64,000 nt of DNA from the NCBI RefSeq assembly GCF_963921235.1, contig NC_086097.1, forward strand, positions 55,120,001 through 55,184,000, in the 5' to 3' direction. The position numbers and the translations under genes were made by a program. The stretch is from Mobula hypostoma. Lineage: Eukaryota. This document shows, in pieces, positions 35,831-48,575 of the stretch (its first letter is position 1; every line of letters starts with the position of its first letter). The notes below the pieces were generated by a model, which saw only the letters and a list, made by a program, of their open reading frames with translations, did not search any database and was not told where the DNA came from.

Positions 35831-35905
35831 AATGGCAGATGTGAATTCTTTTAACTTTAAATAACCAAATAAATAATTGAGCAGAATAGCTTGAGCTTGA
35901 AAGGT

Positions 35906-37277
35906 CATAAACAGGAGAAAATCTGCAGATGCTGGAAATCCAAGCATCACACACACAATGCTGGAGAGACTCAGCAGATCACTTGCATCTATGGAAAAGA
36001 GTACAGTCAACGTTTCAGCCTGAGACCCTTCATCAGGAATAAAGGAAAAAAACGTGAGGAGTCAGAGTTAGAAGATAGGGGGAGAGGAGGAAAAAACACA
36101 AGGTGATGGGTGAAACTGGGAGGGGTGAAGTAAAGAGCTTGGAAGTTGATTGAAAGGGATACAGAGCTGGGGAAGCGGGAATCTGATAGAGGACAGAAGG
36201 CCTTGGAAGAAAAAGTGGGAGGAGCACCAGAACAATGTGAAGGGCAGGTAAGGAGATAAGGTGAGAGGGAATGGTGAGGGGGGAGGGGGATTACCATAAG
36301 GTCGAGAAATCGATATTCATGCCATTAGGTTAGAGGCTACCCAGATGGAATATAAAGTGTTGCTCCTCCAACCTGAGTGTGGCCTCATCACGACAGTAGA
36401 GGAGGCTATGGATGAACATGTTGGAATGGGAAGTTGAATTAAAATGGGTGGCCAGTGGGAAATCCCACTTTTTATGGCAGATGGAGCATAAGTGCTCGCT
36501 GAAGCAGTCTCCAAATCTGCGTCAGGTCTCACCAATATACAGGAGGCCACACCAAGAACACCAGATACAGTAGATGACTCCAACAGACTCATAGTTGAAG
36601 TGTTTCCTCACTTGAAAGACTGTTGAGGCCCTGAATGGTAGTGAGGGAGAAGGTGGAGAGGCAGGCGTAGCACTTGTTCTGCTTGCAAGGAGAAGTGCTG
36701 GGGGAGGGATGATAAGGGAGTCGGGTAGGGAGTGATCCCTGTGGAAAGCAGAAGGGGGTGGGGAGAATGTGCTCGGTGGTGGGATGCTGTTGGAGATGGC
36801 GGAAGTTATGGAGAATTATGTGCTGGATGAGGAGGCTAGTGGGGTGCTAGGTGAAGACTAGATGAACCCTATCCCTGATTGGGTGGCAGGAGGATGGGGT
36901 GAGGGCAGAGATGTGGGGTGAGGGTAATGTGATAGTGGAGGAAGGGAAACCCCTTTCTTCGAAGGAGGAGGACATCTCTTTCGCTTGGGATTGAAAAGCC
37001 TCATCCTGAGAGCAGATGTGGCAGAGACAGAGGAATTGAGAAAAGGCGATGGCATTTTTACAAGTAACAGGGTGGGAAGAGGCATAGTCCAGGTAGCTGT
37101 GAGAGTCTGTGGGTTTATAATAGACATGAATAGATAAGCTGTCTCCAGCAATAGAGACAGGGAGATCGAGAATGGGAGGGAGGTGTTGGAAATGGACCAT
37201 GTAAATTTTAGGGCAGGGTGGAAATTGGAAACAAAGTTGAAGAAGTCTAGCTCTGCATGGTTAAAGGAAGCAACATC
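35906..37277 (-). mobile_element. Second PLE subfamily copy, 5'-truncated
   Basis: VYYKPTDSHSYLDYASSHP..KNAIAFSQFL RT thumb region, a GIY-YIG remnant and its own terminal repeat. Confidence 0.88.
36005..36040 (-). ncRNA. Minimal hammerhead ribozyme motif (variant)
   Basis: Minus strand reads AUUC CUGAUGA AGGGUCUCAGGCU GAAA CG UU GACU. The core is intact, with one stem I mismatch. Confidence 0.6.
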
Positions 37278-40200
37278 CATAAAGTCCTTAACTGTTCAGG
37301 GTGGTTTTCTGCAGGCTATGGTAGATTTGCTCTTGAATAATCAGCCCAATTTAGTTTGTTGTCTAATTGTGAGAATATTTACCTCATAGCAGTCTGAGCA
37401 TTAAGTTCGAGGCAGTGCTTAAAAGGGAGGGAATTGCAACTGCTAAGATTCTACATTTGGGTATGGTTGTCATCTGCATTGAAGAGACTTGGCAAATCTG
37501 TCTATGGAAGGTATCCAAAAAGAATTTATGGAACAGAGATGGTTTAAATGCTTGGGAGCTGTACTTGCTTAAAAGCAGCTGCAGCTGACTAACATATGGT
37601 CATATACCTGTATTTAGAAAAAAAGGATGGCAATGACCAAAGCTAATGCAAGCCTCTGGAAATTAATGATGACTGAATAAAAATAAGAAATAAAGGCAAA
37701 GTAATGATTCTACATTGGTGTCATTTACAATAAAGGAAAAAGATAAGCCAAAAATTTGAAGGAAATTATCAGAGGATTGCATTGAGGAAAAATATCATTA
37801 TAAGTACAAATCTCCAATTATGGTGGTTTCTACCCCACGTCTTTTTAAGAAATAGGTGTGTATATTTGCTGAGGACTAATTACAAGGTGTTCCATTTGGA
37901 AACTTTGAAGACGTTGCACATTCCATTCCTTTGAGAGAAGTGAGAGAGTAAAACTGAACAGTTGTATCCTAGCAAGGTTTATTTGTGTATTGGAGGTTAC
38001 TTCATAATTAAAAATGGTGCTGAAATACCTCAAATGTTCAGCTGATTTCAGATAGCCAGTACATATTTTTGAAAAGTAATTTAGTCTTCACAAACTAGAA
38101 TAAAAGTATAGAAAATGCAGTCAATGTTATAGAAAGGGAAATTAATTTTTTTAAAAAGGGCTTCTGGTTTTAACTTGGTAAAGCCTCTCTTGACAGACTT
38201 TTAACTTGGGCTGAATCTCACAAAATTAAAGGCAGATCAATACCATAATTTTCAAATTGGCTGAGGGATGTGTTAATATTCTAGTTCCTAAATTGTTGGG
38301 ATGGATCTAGTTATTTTGGGGATCTGTATTAAAACTGAAATTGATTGCAATCCTTTGGGATTAAAATGGTTGTGTGGCAAAGGCTAATCATCTCAGTCTC
38401 AGGAGTTTCTCAGCACATTGTCATCTTTGGGTGCTTTATTATTGACCTTCCAAATTTTTGATTTTTGTTCTTTGTTTTAGTATGGTGTTTACTTTCATTA
38501 ACAACTCCATAAATCATGAATGATGTGCACTCCATTCAGAGTTGGGCTAATGGGGAGGTGTGGATAATATGGATGTTACTTCCCATATGTGTTTGTTTCC
38601 TAATTGTGATATCTAACTCTATCATTTTCAATTACTTTTTCTGCATTGTAATCTCTTGTGATATCACTGAAAGGCATTTATTAATGTACATTGAACCCTG
38701 AATGACTATTGACTTATTTTGCAGTGCATCTCTCTCGGCAGACTCATGAGATTTCATCTTTATAGTTCAGTGTTGGATTCAATCACATACTCTTAAATAT
38801 GCACATTCATTTGTTGAAACTAGATAATTCCATGTGGCAGAGCTGTTCACTGTCTGGTGTTTCCCTTTACGATTTTTGCAGTATCTTTTTGGATTAATGA
38901 GCGTTTTCCCTGAAACAGGCCCTTGCTTAAGGAAGTTACACTTTTTAGCTGTATAATGGATCAAGTCTTAAAACTTCATTCTGGCTACTGTGAGCATCAC
39001 AATGTGGGTTAGTCTTGTTAAAGTATCTTTGTTCCTCAGGTACCTAGTGACCCTGCCACGGTGATAATTGTCGAGATGCAGTATGATCAATTGTGTTGAT
39101 TCTGTCTTCCAGTCAGTGACATTAAAGCATCCAGCTAAGTAATTGCCTTCTTAAAAAAAATACACATACACCTTGGTGAGGATTGATTGAATTAACTGAA
39201 TTTCTAGCTTAGCAAAATTACGTTTACACAGAGATTGGAAACTGCTGCTCTCGTTTGCAGAGCCAAGAGAGGATGTGAACTTTTTGAGGAGAAAGGACAG
39301 TAAGTTCATTTTAGAGGCAGGATGCTACATTAAGATTAAAAATCTGTTCTAAAAATATATTTTCTTTAAGCAGATCACTGATCTTGTGATGGAAAGTAAC
39401 ATAACATTACTGTTTGTTCTGGTTTATATGTGTAATGAAATTTAGTCCTAAAAGCATGCTATTTAAAGCTGTAAGTGAACGGTTCTGTCTCTCTAATAGA
39501 GAGGTTGCTTCTTGATGTTCATCAGCTATTTGAGAGTTACCAGTTCATAGGACTGGTTGTTTACAAGCAAGCTACCTTCATTCATCCTGTGCCTTTCATT
39601 TCTGAAAGTTGTTCCAATTGGTCATCCTTTTCAATCTGGCAGTTGGTGCACATTTAATATAATTATAATGCAAAATGACATTCTAAAGATTTTTCTGTTA
39701 ATATATTACTTTTTATTACTATGATTGTTTTTTTCAGTATACTTCAATTTAGATTTTTCAGTATCAAGTGGAAGTCTGGCATTATTCCTCCTCTCTGGAA
39801 TGTGGTTTCAGAGCAATATTAATACCCTGGGATCAGTGCTCAAACCTGTTCATTGATTGATGAATATAACATGCTTGCTTTTAAGAAATGATCTGTCTGG
39901 TAAAGGAGATCTATTACATCAGTGATCTATTTTAAATGCTTTTTGCCAATAGGCCCATGAAAACAAAGCTCAGTTTAAAACTAAGTCTGAAACAGTTTTC
40001 CATGGAGATGTAAGTAGGTGGTACTAAGGAGTTAAATTTGGAGATTGTTAGCTTGGTTTTGACAGTGATGGGTAAGGCAACTCTTTGACCCTGCATATTA
40101 TTACAAGATAATTGGGAATCAAAAAACTTATTTGCACCACTTTTAATCTCTATTCTTAAAGACCAATTAGTTGCTTCCTACTTCAACCCTATTAATCCAA

Positions 40201-40484
40201 AATGAAAGCAGATGATGGTAGAAAACTCAATGCACATCAAGGCAGTATGACTAGAAATGGAAGTATTGTTTGCTTGGGTTAAAGATCCTTCATCAGAACT
40301 GGAACGGCACTTTTATTTCTCATTCTATAAATGCCTCACCTGAATATTTTAGCATTTTCTGCGTAACTTGTTTTTCAGCATATGTGGTCCTTTTTAATCC
40401 TCATCACCAGTTTTATTTTAAGTTTTTTTTTGGTCCTTCTGTCAGAAAGTCTATTTCAATGTTTAAATCTAACTTTTAATAATA

Positions 40485-43270
40485 ACCATAACAATCAGTG
40501 AAAAAGCCAACTAGGGCTTTCGACCAGAGTGCAGAAGACAGCAAACCATGTAGGTACAAACAGAAGAAATAATAAATAAATAAGCAATAAATATCGAGAC
40601 CATGAGACGATGAGTCCTTTAAAGTAAGTCCATTAGTTGTGGGAGCATTTCAATGATGGGGCAAGTGAAGTTGAGTGAAGTTATCCCCTTTGGTTCGAGA
40701 GTCTGATGGATAGTAACTGCTCCTGAACCTGGTGGTGTGAGTCCTGAGGCTCCTGTACCATCTTCCTGATGGCAGCAGCAACAAGAGAGCATGCCCTGGG
40801 TGGTGGAAGTTTGTGACGATGCTGCTTTCCTGCAACGGTGTTTCATGTAGATTTCCTTAATGGTTGGGAGTGCTTTACTTGTGATAGACTGGGCCACATC
40901 CACTACTTTTTGTAGGATTTTCCAATCAAGGGCATTGTTGCTTCCATACCAGACTGTGATGCAGCCAGTCAGTATACTGTCCACTGCACATCTACAGAAG
41001 TTTGTCAGAGTTTTAGATGTCGTGCCAAATCTTCGCAATCTCCTAAGGAAGTCCAGGTGCTGCCATTCTTTCTTCATCTTGGCACTTGGGTGCTGGGTCC
41101 AGGACAGGTGCTCCAAAATGACAACCCCTGGGAATGCTGACTGCCCCATGGATCTCTGGTTTCCTTCTGAAGTCTATAATCAGTTCTTTGGTCTTACTGA
41201 CATTGAGTACGATGTTGTTATGACACTCCTCAGCCAGATTTTCAATCTCACTCCTATATGCTAATATGTAAAGCGAGTAGAGCAGGGGACCAAGCACACA
41301 ACTTTGTGGTGCACCGATGCTGATGGAGATTGTGGAGGAGATGCTGCCAATCCGAGCCGACTGGGGTCTGCAAGTGAGGAAATCGCAGATCCAATTGCAC
41401 AAGGAGGTATTGAAGCCAAGAGTTTGGAGCTTATTGATTAGTTTTAAGAGGATGGTATTGAATGCCGAGCTGTAGGCAATGAATAAAGAGCATCCAGATG
41501 TATGTGTCCTTGCTGTCCAGGTGTTCCAAGGTTGAGTGAAGAGCCAATTAGATGGCATCTGCTTTGGATATGTTGCTCCGAAAAGTGAATTGGAGTGGAT
41601 CTAATTCCCTTCACAGGCAGGACTGATGTTTCATCACCAATCTCTCAGAAATCTTCTTCAATGTGGATGTAAATTTTAATGGGCAATAGTCATTGAGGCT
41701 GGTCACTATGTTCTTGGGCACCAGTATGATTGAAGCCTGCTTTAAGCAGGTGGGTACCACATACTGTTGAAGTGAGAGGTTAAAGATCTCAGTGAACACT
41801 CAGCCAGTTGATCAGCACAGGTCTGGTATTTGGCCAGATACCCCATCTTGGCTGGATGCTTTTCGGGGATTCACCATCTTGAAGACTGCTCGCAGGTCGG
41901 CTTCAGAGTCTGAAATCACAGGATCATCGGGGTGTGTGGGAGTTCATGATGGTTCCTCGATATTTTGATGGTCAAAGCAACCATAGAAGGTATTGAGCTC
42001 ATCTGGAAGCAAAGCCTTGTTGTTGCCTATGTCACTTGATTTATCCTTATAATAGGTGATAATATTCAAGCCGTGTCACAACTGTCAACTATGCTTCATT
42101 GATTTAAGTTTGGTCTGTGACTGCCATTTTGCCAATGAGGTGGCTTTCCGGAGGTCGTACCTGGACCTCTTGTAACTTTCCTGATCTCCAGACTTGAATG
42201 CCTCTGATCTGGTTCTCAGTGGATTTCAGATCTCATGATTCATTCAGGGCTTCTGATTGGGGAAAACTCTGGATGATTTTGTGGGGCCACATTTGTCTTC
42301 AGCTGTTTTAATAAAGTCTATTGCAGTCATAGTGTATTCATTCAGATCCACAGACAAGTCCTTGAACACTGTTCATCAAAACATTTTGCTTACCCACTTC
42401 TCTGACTCCTACAACCACCTCTTTGTTGTCCTAATCTCTGGAGCTTTGCTGTTTAGCCACTGCCTGTATGCAAGTAGGAGAAGGACAGCCAAGTGATTCA
42501 ATTTACCAAAATGTGGTCTGGGCTTGGAATAGTAGGTATTCCTTATCTTTGTATAAAAATGGTCTAGTGTGCTGGGACCTATGGTGGTGGTAATTGGGCA
42601 GGGATTTCTTCAAACAAGCCTGATTGAAGACTCTGACTATGATTGGAGACGGCATCATGCAGTATCTCAAGCGCTTGATTATAATTTGCCGCTGATGGTA
42701 AACTGCGGTCAGGATCACGGATGAGATCTCCCCAGGTAAATAGATCAGATGGCATTAAACCACTAGATGTTCCAAGTCGGAGGATCACGAATTTGACAAA
42801 ACTGCCATGTCGGAGCAGCGGTGAGAGTTTATCGTGAAACACACCACCTCCTGGTATGCTGGGAGAAAGCCACGTCTTGGTCAGACATAGAATACAACAG
42901 TCTTTCATTTCTTTCTCATACAGCAATCTTCCCCTCAGGTGCTCAGTTTTGTCCTCCAGCAACCGCACGTTTGCCAACAAGATGCTGGGTGGAGGAGGTC
43001 TCATCCCTTTGCGTTTCAGCCTGGATTGGAGTTTTTCCTCCACCTGACTTCCGACCATGGTGATGAACCTTCATCCTCTGTGTGGTCCAACGAGTCCTTC
43101 AGATGATCATGAACTCTGAAGATTAAGTTGATTTAAAAGTACATTGCCTCAAAGGAGGTTGCATGCTGCAGTTAGCAGTGAGAGTAATTCAAAAGAGATG
43201 TATTTAAAGGTATATTTAGAACTATTGTCTGCAACACACAGAATATTGCCAAAGTTCACTGGTGCTATGG
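40485..43270 (-). mobile_element. Decayed Rex1/Babar LINE
   Basis: Peptides PPSILLANVRLL..CLTKTWL (APE), [30 protein letters not shown] and FCRCAVDSILTGCITVWYG. Confidence 0.85.
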
Positions 43271-43477
43271 AGAAAATCCAAGAGTTTCCACCCTTATTCT
43301 TGCTCTACCATTTTGGTGACTGAGGTTTGAGGGGTGAACATTCATCCACTGTGAAGGTATATTTCTGCATTTTCAGTTTGGTCTGTTTATAGGACAACAC
43401 CAAAGCCTATCCTTTTGTTCTTGCACATTAATTTCTTCAGCAAAAATAGCATTATGGTCCCAAAGTTTCTGATTTGT

Positions 43478-44930
43478 ATCAGAATCGCGTTTATTATCAC
43501 CGGCATGTGACGTGAAATTTGTTAACTTAGTAGCAGCAGTTCAATGCAATACATAATCGAGCAGAGAAAAAATAATAATAATTAAACAAGTAAATCAATT
43601 ACACATATTGAATAGATTTTTTAAAAACCTGCAAAAACAGAAATACTATATTTTTTTAAAAAGTGAGGTGGTGTCCAAAGCTTCAATGTCCATTTAGGAA
43701 TTGGATGGCAGAGGGGAAGAAGCTGTTTCTGAATCACTGTGTGTGTGCCTTCAGGCTTCTGTACCTCCTACCTGATGGTAACAGTGAGAAAAGGGCATGC
43801 CCTGGGTGCTGGAGGTCCTTAATAATGGACGCTGCCTTTCTGCTTTGTAGGCTAGTGCCCAAGATGGAGCTGACTAGACAGTGATGCAGCCTGTCAGAAT
43901 GCTCTGCACAGTACAGCTATAGAAGTTTTTGAGTGTAATTGTTGACATGCCAAATCTCTTCAAACTCCTAATGAAGTATAGCCATTGTCTTGCCTTCTTT
44001 ATAACTACATCAATATGTTGGGACCGGGTTAGATCCTCAGAGATCTTGACACCCAGGAACTTGAAGCTGCTCACTCTCCACTTCTGATCCCTCTATGAGG
44101 ATTGGTATGTGTTCCTTCATCTTGTCCTTCCTGAAGTCCACAATCAGCTCTTTCGTCTTACTGATGTTGAGTGGCAGGTTGTTGCTGCGGCACCACTCCG
44201 CTAGTTGGCATATCTCACTCCTGTGCGCCCTCTCATCACCACTTGAGATTCTACCAACAATGGGCTGTATTGTCAGCAAATTTATTGATGGTATTTAAGC
44301 TATGCCTAGCCACACAGTTATGTGTATATAGAGAGTAGAGCAGTGGGCTAATCACACACCCCTGAGGTGAGCCAGTGTTTATTGTCAGCAAGGAGGAGAT
44401 GTTATCACCAATCTGCACAGACTATGGTCTTCCGGTTAGGAAGTCGAGGATCCAATTGCAGAAGAAGATAGAGGCCCAGGTTCTGCAACTCTTCAATCAG
44501 GATTGTGGGAATGATGGTATTAAATGCTGAGCTATAGTCGATGAACAGCATCCTGACATAGGTGTTTTGTGTTGTCCAGGTGGTCTAAAGCCGTGTGGAG
44601 AGCCATTGAGATTGTGTCTGCCATTGACCTATTGTGGCGATAGGCAAATTGCAATGGGTCCAGGTCCTTGCTGAGGCAGGAGTTCAGTCTAGCCATGACC
44701 AACCTCTTCAAGCATTTCATCACTGTAGATGTGAGTGCTACCGAGCAATAGTCAGGGTGAGAGGTTGAAAATGTCCTTGAATATGCCCACTAGTTGGTTG
44801 GCACAGGTTTTCAGAGCCTTACCAGGTACTCCATCGGGTCCTTCTGCCTTGCAAAGGTTCACTGTCTTTAAAGACAGCCTAACGTTGGCCTCTGAGATGG
44901 AGATCACTCTCTGGAGAGAGTACTCTTGTA
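43478..44930 (-). mobile_element. Rex1/Babar LINE 3' fragment
   Basis: Peptides KAEGPDGVPGKALKTCA, MKCLKRLVMARL..DPLQFAYR, SKTKELIVDFRK and FKFLGVKIS. Confidence 0.88.
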
Positions 44931-45326
44931 CTTTCACTTTGAGTGATCAGGTGAGCCATTAAATCACTGCAAGGAAACTATTGGTAACCAGTATATTTTA
45001 GGTGAAGAATATTTTTAAGTTTTGAAAGAAGTCAGCAGGAAAAGATCCTAATGTAGTACTTAGGGATAGAACTGAAAAATAGAATTGACTGAAAAATTGT
45101 AACCATTATTCTAATTAAACTCTTGCTCCTGTAAATATTCCTTATTATTGTATTTTTCCACAATATTTTGTAATGTTCAATAATTTTGAAATAATGAATG
45201 CTGATTTGATATTTTGAGCTTAAATTCAGTTATGTATTTGGGGTCTCCATCAATCAGCTTGACCAATTCTCTGCAGTTTTTGTCATGTTTCATTTTAAAT
45301 ACTTTATTTCAATATGAATTTTTCAG

Positions 45327-45494
45327 ATGAACCAGGTCAGGATATGCGCAATCCTCATGTTAAAGAGCACTCTGAAACTGCTCAAACAACAAGCAAAAAA
45401 CAAGATCCAGTGCTTCTACCAATGGAAACGAAACCAAATGAAAGTGGACTTGTGAAACGAAAAACTATGCCAAAAAAACAAAAAATAGAGACTG
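45327..45494 (+). CDS. KTN1: Kinectin exon 3
   Basis: tttcag|AT ... G|GTTTGT, 168 nt, phase 1-1. DEPGQD..SKKQDPVLLPMETKPNESG..KKQKIET resembles kinectin SKRQEALPLHQETKQESG..KKQKTE. Confidence 0.9.
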
Positions 45495-45578
45495 GTTTGT
45501 TTATTTTTCCTGCTATTTTTAAAACACAGTTTATACATTTTCTGTGAAGTTATTTCAATCAGAAATGTTCTTTGGCAG

Positions 45579-45755
45579 TTTCAGCTTCAGCGGAGAGTCT
45601 CCCCATGAAGTCCACTGTTTACATTCCTTTGGATAATGCTCAGGCTTGTGGTCATGCTGAAAAGAAGGAAGCTGTGGCTGATGACAAAGGCCATGTGATC
45701 AGTAGTGGTATGCAGAAAATGATTGCCAAGAAACAAAGGTCTGAATGTGATAAAG
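45579..45755 (+). CDS. KTN1: Kinectin exon 4 (acceptor could be 45579, 45585 or 45591)
   Basis: STVYIPLDNA..EKKEAV..MQKMIAKKQRSECDK resembles kinectin TTYIPLMDNA..DKREVI..IQKSGTKKLKTETDK. Donor AAG|GTAATT, phase 1. Confidence 0.9.
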
Positions 45756-47508
45756 GTAATTTGCTGTTTATACTTATGTGCAGACATTGTGTTTTTTTTT
45801 TGCGCAATTTGTTTTGGTACATGGCTGCTCTAAAGGTTGGAACAGAACTTGTTAGATTGTGTTAATGTTAGCACTTTTGCTGCTTGTTGACTGTTTTAAG
45901 CGGTGAATCAAATTATAAACTTGTTAAAGGCAATATGACATTTATTGAGAAATTAGTCCTTTTTTGTTTTTAATCAATTTGTTAAAAATGGTCAGTGTGT
46001 CCTGTTAGATGAGTGAGAATTATGGTTAGCTCTCTGTCATTAATAATTTGTTAGTAACTTTAATACGATGTCATGAATCAAAATAGGGGGTAGAAATTCG
46101 CCATAACCCAGTTGTGGATAATCCATAGTCATGTGTTGTCCTTCTAAATGGTGCCCAACATCTTTTCTAGTAATTGCCTAATTACGGCTTTTAGTGTAAT
46201 CCATGAGAACTTCAGGTTAGGTATAGTTTATCCGAGCTGAATATTTTAATTGTTAAAGCACTTCAAAAAGGATTACAATAGTTCTTGGAAATACTATTTT
46301 GAACATTTTCAAATGTATACTATACATGATACGCTTTTGATGTCTTGATCATTCTGCTTTAATGAATAATTTTTTTTCTAGGTAAAGATCACCTTGTAGT
46401 GGTTTTTTCCTATGTGATTATATTCTTGATCTCTAGAATATTATTTGATGTTTTTTTGAAAGCTGTGCTTTATAAGCTTTGAAAACCCATTTAATGCTTA
46501 GAATTGCTTCCACCCTTGTGAGACTACTACAGAGTTCGGCACACCCAAATTCTATTGATCAGGAATTTATTTCTTTGTACTGGCGAGAAAGCTGTTTTAT
46601 TGATCTGCACCAAGTCTTAGGCAGCTTTTCTTAGTAAGTAGCACTTGTAAAGGTTTGAGGCACTCATTGCATCACATGCTTTGAGAAATCCTAAACATGT
46701 TTATAGCCTGTAGCAAGTCAAGATAATCCCAGTTTGGGAAAAGTTCTTGACTGGTTCCGTTCTTTGAGATGGTAGCTTTTGCAAAGATGCTGCTGCCACA
46801 AAAATAATGAGTATCATTAAGAAATTAATTACTATTAATGACAGATATAAGTTAAAGTTAAGTAGTAGCTTCCAGGATTTCGGTTGGAATGTAAGAGATC
46901 TAGCACCTCCTTTAGTTACTTCCTTTGTTTCCACAAGGCAGTTGGCCACATTCAGATTGTCAGCTCATTTTAATTTATAGTAGCATGCACTGGAGAATGA
47001 GTGCATAAATTGAAAAAGGATCTGGTGCTTTCCTGGTGTATATGATGAACATATGCTTCTCGGGGTTCCAGCTGGGTACAAGTATTGATTTTTTTTTTAA
47101 CCAACATTTTAACAGCAAATTCTGCCATCTTCATCTGGGATGACTGCTGGCCATGTCTAGTTTGGTGGTATGTATACCCCTGTCGTCTGTACCTCCTGAT
47201 TGGTTAGAGCTCATCCAATCAGGTTGCCACTGTCAGTGGTATCAGAACACTGCATTCTCAGTGGCCATAGGATTAACTTTGGCATGATACTAGCGCCAAT
47301 GGTTTTTGGGACCGCATGGTGAAGGAAGCCATTGAAATAAAACAAGAGGAAAAAAATTTTAACAGACGAAGGTCTCACTCTAAGTAAGAATTGGAATTTG
47401 ATTGTAAACAAGGTGGGACATCAGAAACCTTGATTGGTTAGTCCTCATCCAATCAGGAGGAATGGATGATAAGGGTATAAATACCAACAAACTAAACATG
47501 CCCAAGCA

Positions 47509-47970
47509 AATCAACCAAATGTGCTAAGAAAGATGGGACAGGGAGGGGAAAGGGAGGCATTTATATCAAATACAAAAAAGTGTTGCAGGTACTAGGGTAG
47601 GTAGTGGATACAGAAGAGAGGAAATTGTGTGGACTAGGTTAAGGCTGGAGCACTGTGCATTAAACAAAACATTAAAAATGATAGGGAAACATCAGACAGG
47701 ATTGTGTGAGGAATGTCAGGAAGAGGAGTCAGTAGAACATGTAGTTCTGAGTTGCAGGAAGTATGGGATACAGAGAGAGATGGTGAGAATTAATCTAAGG
47801 GAACTGGGGGTGCTGGAATTCACATTAAAAGGGTTGCTGGGCATGGGTGAGAGAGCACAGGTTAGGGTATTTTTAACTTTCTTAAGGGGTACAGGGGTTT
47901 TTTTATAGGATATGACAGATAAGCAGGAATAGGGTACTAGGATGGCCAAAGATGGGAGGATAAGGTGTAG

Positions 47971-48020
<50 letters not shown>

Positions 48021-48129
48021 TTGGGTGAAGGGATTTAGAATGTAAGTCTATTGCACACTTTGGAGCAGACGGTGGCGGTAATGCCAAGCTGGATGCCAAC
48101 CGCTGTAAAACAAGACGAAGAAGAAGATG
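47509..48129 (+). mobile_element. Nimb/I-clade LINE 3' fragment
   Basis: TRLRLEHCALNKTLKMIGKHQTGLCEECQEEESVEHVVLSC (C-terminal CCHC finger), (GAA)n tail, and a diverged TSD atgcccaagca / atgccctggca. Confidence 0.78.
47974..48020. repeat. (TG)n(AG)n compound microsatellite
   Basis: Read directly from the sequence. Confidence 0.95.
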
Positions 48130-48314
48130 ATGCCCTGGCATCATCCCAGGTGAATTTGGCAGAGTTTGTCATTGAAACATCAGTTAGAATCGATACCTGT
48201 ACCTGGCTGGAAGCCCGAGAGAATTTTTATTCAAGTGCATAAATTGTTTGACAACCACATTGAATACCCAGAAGATTTTTTTTGTGCCTATTATGCAAAA
48301 ATAAACTTGGAGAC

Positions 48315-48575
48315 GCCACACTAGTGAAGTGGTTATCATGACTCTATCACAGCTTGGAGCCTCAGGAGTTTGGTGTTTAATTCTGGTGTCTTCTGTACAA
48401 GTTTGTGCGTGCGAGTTTCCTCCCACAGTCCAAAGACATGGTGGTTAGTAGGTTAATTGGTTATTGTAAATTGTCCTGAGATTAGGTGAGAGTTGAAATA
48501 GATTGGTTGCTGGGTGGTGTGGCTCATTCGGTCGGAAGGGTCTGTGCCATGCTGTATCTCTAATAAAATAAAGTA
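48315..48575 (+). mobile_element. HE1/V-SINE-like SINE
   Basis: Core 'gtttcctcccacagtccaaagacatg..ggttaattgg..taaattgtcc' followed by a CR1-like tail. Confidence 0.7.

Larger units (their letters stand above)
47055..48240 (+). mobile_element. PLE of a different family: GIY-YIG C-terminus with inverted terminal repeats, interrupted by a LINE
   Basis: 47300-47410 encodes FWDRMVKEAIEIKQEEKNFNR(fs)DEGLTLSKNWNL. 47055-47180 is the reverse complement of 47470-47508 + 48130-48225. Confidence 0.7.

Noticed and set aside
35830..36010. N-terminal part of the 468-aa ORF 34604-36010
   Set aside because: It runs through the neighbouring PLE's terminal repeat and AT-rich spacer, so it is a chance in-frame fusion, not the true element start.
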